Shown in pieces: positions 18,546 to 27,122 of a stretch of DNA of 64,000 nucleotides; within the stretch, counting starts at the first letter, position 1; each line of letters starts with the position of its first letter. Origin of the DNA: Pontiella sp. (GTDB taxonomy: Bacteria > Verrucomicrobiota > Kiritimatiellia > Kiritimatiellales > Pontiellaceae); the NCBI GenBank assembly GCA_050290185.1, contig JBNKHE010000001.1, forward strand, positions 610,713 to 674,712, read 5' to 3'. Under the pieces are notes generated by a model. That model was not told the DNA's origin. It ran no database searches and saw only the letters and a list, made by a program, of their open reading frames with translations. Both the position numbers and the translations under genes were made by a program.

Positions 18546-21230
18546 TCAATGCACCGTGACGGTATCCATTAAGCGGATGTCCGCGCTGGAGGCGCCGATT
18601 TGGATTTCAAAGTCGCCGGGGTCGACCGTGTATTTTTGCTGGACGGCGTCGTAGTAGCGCAGGTCGTCTTGCGCATTCAGCTGGAAGGTGACGGTCTTTT
18701 GCTCCCCCTGATCCAGCTCGATGCGCTCAAAGCCGCGCAGCTGCTTGATCGGCATGGGCCGGTTAGACCGCACGTCCCGCACATACAGCTGCACGACCTC
18801 CTCGCCCGCACGGTCTCCCGTATTCGTGACGTCGACGGAAACCGTGAAGGCTCCGCCGGCAGTAATTTCCGACGGGGCAACCTTCAGGTTGGAATACCTG
18901 AACGACGTGTAGCTAAGACCGTATCCAAAAGGATAGAGCGGCTCGCCCTTGAAATAGCGATAGGTTTTACCCTTTCCTCCTGCCATGTTGTAATCGGAGA
19001 AATCGCCCAGATCCTTCGTAGACCTATAGAAGGTGACTGGCAGACGGCCAGCCGGATTGTAGTCGCCGAACAGCACATCCGCCACGGCATCGCCGCCGCG
19101 TTGCCCCGGGTACCAGCCCATGAGGATCGCCGCCAGATCGTCTTCCAGTCCGTCCAAAGCAACCGCACTCCCGGAGAGCTGGACATACACCACCGGCGTA
19201 CCGGTTTTCACCATGCCCCGCAGGGTGTCCAATTGGGTATCCGGCAGTTCAATCAGGGTGCGATCGCCATGATCGAAGCCTTTGGTATCCAAGCTCATTT
19301 CCTCGCCTTCGACATCGGCCGTGAGGCCACCGACAAAGATGGCCGCATCCGCCTGGGCGACCTGCTTCAGCATATTCCGGCTGGTCGTCTCGTCCACATT
19401 CTTCGATTTCGGCAACTCCCAGACAAAATGAATGCCTGCATCATTGCTCCCCTCGAAGTATTCAATGGTGATGTTGTATCGTTGCCCCTTCTTCAGGGCT
19501 GTTTCTGCGGTAAAGGCCTGCATGCCGTGCATCGACCAGCCGTCGGCGATTTTTTTGCCCTCCACATAGAGCCGGCATCCATCGTCCGAAACAATGCCCA
19601 GGGTATAGGTGCCGCTGACGGGCGGAACCAGTTGCCCAGTCCAACGAATGGAAAAGTTGTCCGCCGGAACCTCCTTGTCGGGGGACAGGATACCCTGGGC
19701 GATCGCCGTCGTGGTGGGCGAGGCCTGCCCGAAGTACATTTTGATTTCAGGATCGATCCGCGTGAGGATCGGATCGCCCTGCAACTCCGTTCCCTGGAAA
19801 TACTCCCCTTTCAAGCCATGCACCCGCCGGCCCTTGTGGTCGGTGGTGAACAGGCAGTCCGGATCCACGATGGGAAGGTTTTCATTCCCTACGCCTTCGG
19901 CCAGCGGGCAACCCGGCGCATAGAAGACCGTCACGTCATCGCCGAGAGCCCGCTTGATGCCCTCAAGGAGGGTCACGGGATGGGAGGCGTCGCCGTTGTA
20001 GTTCCCGCGCAACGCCGCAACGCTGTCGGCATTGGGACCAACCATCGCAATGGTTTTAATTTTTTTCTTGTTCAGCGGAAGGATACCGTCGTTTTTCAGC
20101 AGGGTCATCGATTTTCGGGCCATTTTCAGCGCCAGTTCGTCATGTTCAGGACTGTCGACAACGGAGTAAGGAATCGAAGCGTACGGCACCAGTTCCGGCG
20201 GATCAAACATGCCCAGTTTCATCCGGGCCAGCATCAGACGGTACGTTGCCAGCGCGATATCAGCCTCGTTGATCAGTCCCTTTTCAACGGCCTCCATCAT
20301 GGAGCGTTGATAGACACTGCCGCAGTTGAGCTCGCAACCGTTTTTGACCCCAAGGGCGGCGGCCTCGTACGCCTCGTCCACGATCTTGTGGTTGGAATAG
20401 ATGTCCCTGATCGCCCCGCAGTCGGAGACGACATAGCCCTCGAAGCCCCATTGGTTGCGCAGGATATCCTCCAGCAGTATCTCACTGGCTGAAGCCGATG
20501 CGCCGTTCACCCGGTTGTAGGCACCCATCACCGAATAGACGCTGGCATCCACCACCAAATCACGGAACGCAGGCAAATAGGTTTCCCAAAGGTCCCGTTC
20601 GGTTGGTTCGGCATTGAAATGGTGGCGATCCTTTTCCGGCCCGTTGTGCACGGCATAGTGCTTGGCCGTAGCAACGAGCTTGAGATATTTGGGATCTTCA
20701 CCCTGCAGTCCTGTCACGAACTGGATGCCCATCTGGCCGGTCAGATAGGGATCCTCGCCGTAGGTTTCGTGGCCGCGGCCCCAGCGCGGATCGCGGAAAA
20801 TGTTGATATTGGGCGACCAGTACGTCAGACCGTAGTAGCGGCGGTAGTCCTGGTTGCGTTGCGCCTCATTATACTTGGCCCGCGCCTCGTCGCTAATGAC
20901 GCAGGCGACATCGTACATGGTATCGCGGTCGAAGCTGGCCGCCATGCCGATGGCCTGCGGGAAAACCGTGGCAATACCGGCGCGTGCAACACCGTGCAGC
21001 CCCTCGTTCCACCAGTCGTACGGCTTGATACCCAGCCGTTCGATGCCGGGGGCACTATTGCCCAGTTGAGAAATCATTTCCTCCAGCGACATGCGGCCCA
21101 CCAGATCGGATGCGCGTGTCTCAAAATCCAGCGAGGTATTGTGGTAATCCGGAATCTCCGTTTGAGCCTGTACATACCCCGGAAACAAAACGACGCATGC
21201 AACCACCATGCTCCATACTTCTTTCATCAT
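18546..21230 (-). CDS. GH3 beta-xylosidase/beta-glucosidase with PA14 and Fn3-like domains
   Basis: WWNEGLHG, RDPRWGRGHETYGEDP, KHYAVH, VVSDCGA nucleophile motif, PA14 insert. Confidence 0.93.
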   Translation of the reverse strand: MMKEVWSMVVACVVLFPGYVQAQTEIPDYHNTSLDFETRASDLVGRMSLEEMISQLGNSAPGIERLGIKPYDWWNEGLHGVARAGIATVFPQAIGMAASFDRDTMYDVACVISDEARAKYNEAQRNQDYRRYYGLTYWSPNINIFRDPRWGRGHETYGEDPYLTGQMGIQFVTGLQGEDPKYLKLVATAKHYAVHNGPEKDRHHFNAEPTERDLWETYLPAFRDLVVDASVYSVMGAYNRVNGASASASEILLEDILRNQWGFEGYVVSDCGAIRDIYSNHKIVDEAYEAAALGVKNGCELNCGSVYQRSMMEAVEKGLINEADIALATYRLMLARMKLGMFDPPELVPYASIPYSVVDSPEHDELALKMARKSMTLLKNDGILPLNKKKIKTIAMVGPNADSVAALRGNYNGDASHPVTLLEGIKRALGDDVTVFYAPGCPLAEGVGNENLPIVDPDCLFTTDHKGRRVHGLKGEYFQGTELQGDPILTRIDPEIKMYFGQASPTTTAIAQGILSPDKEVPADNFSIRWTGQLVPPVSGTYTLGIVSDDGCRLYVEGKKIADGWSMHGMQAFTAETALKKGQRYNITIEYFEGSNDAGIHFVWELPKSKNVDETTSRNMLKQVAQADAAIFVGGLTADVEGEEMSLDTKGFDHGDRTLIELPDTQLDTLRGMVKTGTPVVYVQLSGSAVALDGLEDDLAAILMGWYPGQRGGDAVADVLFGDYNPAGRLPVTFYRSTKDLGDFSDYNMAGGKGKTYRYFKGEPLYPFGYGLSYTSFRYSNLKVAPSEITAGGAFTVSVDVTNTGDRAGEEVVQLYVRDVRSNRPMPIKQLRGFERIELDQGEQKTVTFQLNAQDDLRYYDAVQQKYTVDPGDFEIQIGASSADIRLMDTVTVH

Positions 21231-21297
21231 TTCCCCCGTCTGCTCATCTGATGACTGCCAGTCGCTCAATCATCTTACACAGCATGTTTCCATTGCG

Positions 21298-22353
21298 TTA
21301 ATAGCCCGCTAAGCCCCAGTGTTCCGCCAACCGGTCGGCTTCCTTTTTCGTAAGCGGGATCACTGCACCGTGCTTGGGCGAGGTAAAATTGGTCGCCTTC
21401 ATCACGCCGTCATTGAAATAGCCAAGTTGGGTAAAAGTCTTGAAGTCCGTGGTTTCACTGAAGCCCATGTTGCTGGGCTTCAGACCGTACACGTCGTACA
21501 TGAGCACCCATTTGTCCTCGCCGATTCGCTTCCAGACCGTGGGTGCCTCGCATCCGGGGCTATTCGGGGCCACCCTAGCCGCATCGTAAACGTATCCGCG
21601 ATTGATGTGATCGGATACGGCCTGCTTGATGCCTCCGCCGGATTTCTGAGCCTTGTAGATCAAGTGATATTTGTTGCCGACCTTGCAGATGTCGCCGTCA
21701 AGGATCTGGACCTCGGGGCGCGGATATTGGAAAAGCACTTCGGGAACCGTCTCCAACTTCGTAAACGCATCGTCGGTGTAGCTATAATAAAGGCCGGTCT
21801 TGCCGTGATCGAAGCGCATGGTGAAATAAAGCATCATCTTGCCCTTTTCCGGGTCGTAGATGGCTTGAGGCGCCCACACGCAGCCAATGTTGGCCAGGCC
21901 GGGAAAGGCCTGGTCCACGCGCAGATCGGTGTGCGACCATTCCACGAGGTTGGTGGACTTCATCAGCACCAGGGCGCGGTTGTTGCCCCAGTCATATTTT
22001 TCCACAGGACGCTGCCATCGGGTTTCGCGATACCCCATTTGTTTACCGTAGATATTCAGATCGGTCATTGAAAGATAGAATGCATTGTCAGGGCCGCGTG
22101 TTATGTGGGGGTCGCGTATGCCCTTCTGTTCGGCGAGATCGGAGCCATTCATGACGGGCTTGCCATCGTTTACGTCCGTGAAACTATAGCCATCGGAGCT
22201 GAGCGCGAAATACAGGCTGTGGTCCTTATCCTTGAAATAGACCAGCAGATAGGCCGCCATCTCCTTTTCCGCCGGAACCGATTCCTTTGACACCATGCTG
22301 GAACAACCGCACATCATTGCAGCAATGATCACTGCCATTAATCCTGTCTTCAT
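21298..22353 (-). CDS. GH43-like five-bladed propeller glycoside hydrolase, probable lipoprotein
   Basis: GIRDPHI, WAPQ, ILDGDI, CEAP, PKHG; lipobox-like MCGC. Confidence 0.82.
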   Translation of the reverse strand: MKTGLMAVIIAAMMCGCSSMVSKESVPAEKEMAAYLLVYFKDKDHSLYFALSSDGYSFTDVNDGKPVMNGSDLAEQKGIRDPHITRGPDNAFYLSMTDLNIYGKQMGYRETRWQRPVEKYDWGNNRALVLMKSTNLVEWSHTDLRVDQAFPGLANIGCVWAPQAIYDPEKGKMMLYFTMRFDHGKTGLYYSYTDDAFTKLETVPEVLFQYPRPEVQILDGDICKVGNKYHLIYKAQKSGGGIKQAVSDHINRGYVYDAARVAPNSPGCEAPTVWKRIGEDKWVLMYDVYGLKPSNMGFSETTDFKTFTQLGYFNDGVMKATNFTSPKHGAVIPLTKKEADRLAEHWGLAGY

Positions 22354-22382
22354 ATTCGCCCCTTTTCCCATAGCCCTACCTC

Positions 22383-22589
22383 CTAACGCCTGAACAAATT
22401 GGTCAACACCGTCAACACCACGCTGATCAGGATCATCGAGGTGATCGGAATGAACACCTTGCTGTGTTCATTCTCGATCCGGATGTCGCCGGGCAACCGC
22501 CCGAACCAGTTCAGCAACCACGGTGCAAACTGCAGCACCAAACCGATCGCTACGATCACCAAACCAACAATTATGATTAAGCGCGCCAT
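22383..22589 (-). CDS. DUF2905-like small membrane protein
   Basis: WFGRLPGDIRIE....FIPITSMILIS motif. Confidence 0.85.
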   Translation of the reverse strand: MARLIIIVGLVIVAIGLVLQFAPWLLNWFGRLPGDIRIENEHSKVFIPITSMILISVVLTVLTNLFRR

Positions 22590-22687
22590 TGCAGATTCCT
22601 GTTTCATCAAAGCTAAAATTCAGAATGAAACTCATTCCTTTTGGAGGGACGCTGTCCCTCCAGTGGTAGCGCATGCTTAAAAACTCG

Positions 22688-23785
22688 TTAGTATTCCAAC
22701 GTATAACGCCCGTCGTCCACGGGCAGGCCAAAGTTCGGTGTACCGTCCTCGTTCCACTTCAATTCCTGGGCGCGGGTGGCGCGGTCGGGATTGTGGAGCG
22801 GATCGCCCTCCAGCCCCTCTATGTCAACATCATCAGGATTGTCATTGAGCCTTGCAAGTTCATCTGAATTAAGCGGTATTTTTTCATAGTCGCGGGCGTG
22901 ATAGACAACAATCACCTTCTTCCCGTCGGGCGTGGTGGTAAAGCAGTTGTGCCCCGGTCCGTAGACATCGTTTTCAGGGTAGCTCTTCATGACCGGGTCC
23001 TTTGATTTGGTCCACGATTTAACATCGAGCAGATTGGCATCATCATCGGCCGTTAGCATACCCAGGCAATAGTTGGCATCGGTGGCACTGGCCGAATAGG
23101 TCAGGAACACTTTACCGTGGCTGACCAGCACCGCCGGCGCTTCGTTGACCCGGTAGCCACGGGTTTCCCACTCAAAGTCGGGATAGGTGAGCATTACCGG
23201 ATCGCCGATGATCGAGGAGGGCGTATCCATCTCTGCAATGTAGATGTTGGTGCCGTCGTAGGGCGCATTTCCGCGCTGCGTCCAAACGAAGTAGCGTTTG
23301 CCTTTATGCGCGAAGGTGGTGCCATCGAGCGCGAAGGATTCCCACGCCAGATTGATCCGCCCCTTTTCCTCCCAGTCGCCCGTCAGCGGATTCTGATCAT
23401 CGCATTCCAGTACCCAGGGGCGGATCTCCCAAATGCTCTCGGCGGGTGCAGAGGTAAAATAGACATACCACTTGCCGTCAATGTTGTGGATTTCCGGTGC
23501 CCAGATGTGCGCCCCCATTGCACCTGCGTCATGCTTCTTCCAGATGGTTTTTTTCTGTCCGCTGGACAGCCCACCAATCGTCCTTGCGCGACGAAGTTCA
23601 ATGCGGTCGTATTCCGGCACAGTGGCGACCATGTAGTAGTAGCCATCGGTATGAAGGAACACGTGCGGGTCGGCGCGCTCCCGGACAATGGGATTCTTCC
23701 AGCTCATGGTTCTGGCATGACAAAGTGATGCTCCCGTCAGGACTGCCGCGAAAACGACAGTTGATATTGCGAGTTGTTTTTTCAT
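22688..23785 (-). CDS. GH43 exo-alpha-L-arabinofuranosidase (GH43_26-like)
   Basis: RADPHV, HIWAPEIH, FALDGT, VNEAP, YSASATDANYC, GPGHN, YHAR.Y. Confidence 0.9.
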   Translation of the reverse strand: MKKQLAISTVVFAAVLTGASLCHARTMSWKNPIVRERADPHVFLHTDGYYYMVATVPEYDRIELRRARTIGGLSSGQKKTIWKKHDAGAMGAHIWAPEIHNIDGKWYVYFTSAPAESIWEIRPWVLECDDQNPLTGDWEEKGRINLAWESFALDGTTFAHKGKRYFVWTQRGNAPYDGTNIYIAEMDTPSSIIGDPVMLTYPDFEWETRGYRVNEAPAVLVSHGKVFLTYSASATDANYCLGMLTADDDANLLDVKSWTKSKDPVMKSYPENDVYGPGHNCFTTTPDGKKVIVVYHARDYEKIPLNSDELARLNDNPDDVDIEGLEGDPLHNPDRATRAQELKWNEDGTPNFGLPVDDGRYTLEY

Positions 23786-23802
23786 GGCCTGCTCCTTGCG
23801 TT

Positions 23803-25791
23803 TTAAGTGGACGGTATGCGGATCACGGTCAGAGAGTTGGGCTCGACCGTCAGTTCGAAGGAGGAACCCACGCCCTGTTTATCCACAACCGGCAGGATTT
23901 CTCCGACGGCATCATCTCGGCCCGCGTTTACCTTGTTCGCATCCTTACCGGAAATCACAAGCATTGCGGCCTGCGACTTGGTGCTGGTGCGGCCCTTGAG
24001 CTCGATACGAAGCACGCGACGCTTGTCCTCTCCGTTCACCAATTTGATGTAGATATTCCCTGTCGCACTGTCCTTCACCGTCGAGGCGGCAAAACGACCG
24101 CCGACACCATCAACCGTCGTGTCCAGATAGATGTCGCCACCGCTGTTTCCCAGCACTTTCTGCACCTGGTAGCTGATGGTTGGGAATACCTCGGTATTGT
24201 TGAAGAAGATCAAGTCGGGCGTCCAGTGCGTGTTGCCATGACGCGCCAGCAACGGCGCATAGGAGGCCATGGAAACCACATCGCCATTGCGCTCCAGACT
24301 GGTCCAATAGGCGGCTTCGGCGATAGCAGCTCGCAGCGTGGATTTCTTGCCCCCGTCGTGGGCGGCCCATTCGCCGAAATAAACCTTGGGCCCGTTGCGG
24401 TCGTAGGTATCCCAACGGTTGAGATTGTTCCAGAACCAATCGGGCGACTTGTAGCAATGCTCGTCGACCATATCGACCTTCAGCTCTTTCGCGAGAGCCC
24501 ATCCCTTTTCGTAGTCCGTGCCGTCGGGCGACGGCCCCACGGTACCGACGACCGTGATTTCAGGATGCTTCTCCTTGAGGACCTTGTAGATCATTTCAAA
24601 GCGTTCTTCAAAACCGGGCGTGATGGCATCCTCGTTGCCAACACCGAGATACTTTAAATTGAATGGTTCGGGATGTCCGGCGGCGGCGCGCCTGGAACCC
24701 CATTCGGAATCGGCCGGTCCGTTGGCCCATTCGATCAGATCGAGCATATCCTGAATGAAGGCCGGCATGGCTTCCATCGCCACGCACTGCTGGCCTTGCC
24801 CCCATGCGCGGGTAATGCTTGCTCCGGAGTTCTGGCAGCTAACGCCGGCCGGCATGATCGGAAGCGGCTCGGCACCGATATCCTCGCAGAATTGGAAATA
24901 TTCAAAATAGCCCAACCCCAGACTCTGGTGGTAGCGCCAGATATTGCGCTGGCCCTTGCGCTGTTCGACCGGACCGATGCTGGCTTTCCAGTTATACATA
25001 TTGTCGAGACCATCTCCATGAACCAGACAGCCGCCGGGGAAACGCATGAAGCGCGGCTTGATGTCCGCAATCGCCTGCGCCAGATCGGCGCGCAGACCAT
25101 TGGGATGGCCTTTGAAGGTATTGCGCGGAAACAGCGAAACCATATCGATCCCGATACGGCCCTTGCCATGCGCGAGCAGCACGAGGCGGGCGTCATCCAC
25201 GGTTTTCTTCGGCTTCAGTTCCGCCGTATATTTTTTCCATGACGTGTTAATCGTCGGCAGCTCGGCCTTGGCCAGCACCTCACTGCCGTCCTTCGTTTCG
25301 AGCAACACGGTAAAGGCACATTCCGGATTGGATAGTTGCCGGGCAAAAACGGAAAAGTCGTAGAGTTCGTCTTTCTTCAGCGGAATGCCTCCGTAGCCAT
25401 GATTGATCACGCCGACGCCTTCGCCCGGATTCCTGATGCCCAGCACGAGATAGAGCGGGTTGTTCGGATGGACCGGATCGGCAGAGTCGCTGATCAGTTC
25501 CCCTTCGCCGCCCCCGCGTTGTTCCAGCTGCCAGAAGGAGAGTGGTTGCCAGTCCCCCGGTCCATCCGCCGCCGCATAGTCGAATGAACGATTTTCAACC
25601 AGCTCGGCATAGAGCCCGCCATCGGCCGCATAACTGAGATCTTCGAAGAAGACCCCCATCAGTAAAGGACTGATCGGCTTGCTCGCGTTCAGGTCGATTG
25701 ACACGACGGCCGGGTCTGCGGCCGACCGCTGTCCTATCGCCAGCGCGAGAAAGACCAACAACAATGAGACACGGGAACAGGTTACCTTCAT
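23803..25791 (-). CDS. GH51 alpha-L-arabinofuranosidase
   Basis: FFEDLSYAADGGLYAELV, FMRFPGGC, GVGNED, YFGEWA, ERNGDVV..SYAPL. Confidence 0.92.
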   Translation of the reverse strand: MKVTCSRVSLLLVFLALAIGQRSAADPAVVSIDLNASKPISPLLMGVFFEDLSYAADGGLYAELVENRSFDYAAADGPGDWQPLSFWQLEQRGGGEGELISDSADPVHPNNPLYLVLGIRNPGEGVGVINHGYGGIPLKKDELYDFSVFARQLSNPECAFTVLLETKDGSEVLAKAELPTINTSWKKYTAELKPKKTVDDARLVLLAHGKGRIGIDMVSLFPRNTFKGHPNGLRADLAQAIADIKPRFMRFPGGCLVHGDGLDNMYNWKASIGPVEQRKGQRNIWRYHQSLGLGYFEYFQFCEDIGAEPLPIMPAGVSCQNSGASITRAWGQGQQCVAMEAMPAFIQDMLDLIEWANGPADSEWGSRRAAAGHPEPFNLKYLGVGNEDAITPGFEERFEMIYKVLKEKHPEITVVGTVGPSPDGTDYEKGWALAKELKVDMVDEHCYKSPDWFWNNLNRWDTYDRNGPKVYFGEWAAHDGGKKSTLRAAIAEAAYWTSLERNGDVVSMASYAPLLARHGNTHWTPDLIFFNNTEVFPTISYQVQKVLGNSGGDIYLDTTVDGVGGRFAASTVKDSATGNIYIKLVNGEDKRRVLRIELKGRTSTKSQAAMLVISGKDANKVNAGRDDAVGEILPVVDKQGVGSSFELTVEPNSLTVIRIPST

Positions 25792-25977
25792 AAATTCCTC
25801 CAATTAGTAAAAAACAAGCGGGCGACATCAATGTAAGAACAGAACGCCACTTATTCCCCACAGTTTTATAAGTTATCAATATGAAGAAAACACCATACTT
25901 CATCAAGGATCGTTTCCTTTAATCATGTAGGCGTTGTAAATGTATGGAAAACCCGGCATGGAGGCACAGTCAAGCGA

Positions 25978-26943
25978 CTACAAGCACTCCTGTGTCGATT
26001 CCCGCACAATCAACCGGCCCGGCAATATGGCCGATGTGGCAGTGCCCGGGTTGGCGATGGACTTAACAGCATGGTGCGCAATGTCTTCAACAGGCTGGCG
26101 AACCGTGGTAATGGAAGGCATAAACTGCCCTGCTGCCGGAATATCATCAAAGCCAGTCACCGGCCATTGCGCTCCTGAATCACGTAGCGCATGGAGTGCA
26201 CCCATAGCGATCATATCCGTTGCACAGACCAGCGCAGCCGGCTCCCGGTTTTCAGCGAGCAGTGTTTCCGCCGATCGCAGCCCGGCAGTAAAACCATCCT
26301 CTGATGAAACCAGCCGTTCCAGCTGAATCCCCTTGGAATCTGCCACTCGTTTAAAGGCTTCATAGCGTAAATCATGCCCATACAGATTGGATCCGATGAA
26401 GCAATAGCGGCGACTGCCCCTGGATATCAGATGCTCCAGCAACTGATCGGCAGCGGTAAGATCATCAATGGCAACACAAATGCCATGATCCGCAGGTTCA
26501 CCATGCCCGATACGAACCACCGGCAGGTGCTTAAACCCATTGAGCCAATCATTACCAGCGGCAGAACCCAGCACAATCAAACCGTCTATGACATGCTTAT
26601 GTAACGGGGTAAGGTCGGATATAGACGGGTGCCGCCCGCTGAATCCGACTAAAATAAGGGAATACCCCTCCTGATGTACCTCTTTCTGCAGTTGTTCCAA
26701 CATGGAGCCGAAGAAAGGATCAAGAAAATCGTATACCACCACCCCAAGGGTGTTCGAGGCCTTCCCTTTTAGGGTTTGGGCTGCAACGTTGGGTACATAT
26801 CCCATTTCCCGGGCAACCTTTTGTACCCGTTCAATGGTCTCCTGGGCAATGCCGATTTCGCGCGCGGTTCCGGATAACGAACGTGAAACTACCGCGATGG
26901 AAACCCCTAACCGCTCCGCAATCTGCTTCTGATTCACTGCCAT
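25978..26943 (-). CDS. LacI family transcriptional regulator
   Basis: N-terminal HTH IAERLGVSIAVVSRSL, MGYVPN, VTGFDD..ITTVRQP..L.VRES. Confidence 0.93.
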   Translation of the reverse strand: MAVNQKQIAERLGVSIAVVSRSLSGTAREIGIAQETIERVQKVAREMGYVPNVAAQTLKGKASNTLGVVVYDFLDPFFGSMLEQLQKEVHQEGYSLILVGFSGRHPSISDLTPLHKHVIDGLIVLGSAAGNDWLNGFKHLPVVRIGHGEPADHGICVAIDDLTAADQLLEHLISRGSRRYCFIGSNLYGHDLRYEAFKRVADSKGIQLERLVSSEDGFTAGLRSAETLLAENREPAALVCATDMIAMGALHALRDSGAQWPVTGFDDIPAAGQFMPSITTVRQPVEDIAHHAVKSIANPGTATSAILPGRLIVRESTQECL

Positions 26944-27122
26944 GGCACCACCTCAAAAAAATCTCAAACGAGAAGCGCATAGTGATTGCAGAGTGCATTA
27001 CTTGTAAAGAGCCAACTTGGCATTTCGGCCCTGTTCTCCGGGATGGGAGAAGGCACTAAGGCTTGGAAGCGGGCGTGACCTGCACGCCCGCAGAAGATTG
27101 CCTGTATCCACACGCAATCCAT

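Noticed and set aside
22383..22680. DUF2905 gene as part of the glycan system
   Set aside because: Widespread small membrane protein with a short palindrome upstream (GGAGGGAC-GCT-GTCCCTCC); nothing in the sequence links it functionally
25800..25975. LacI operator upstream of GH51
   Set aside because: AT-rich and likely regulatory, but no convincing palindrome (only weak TGTAGGCGTTGTA)
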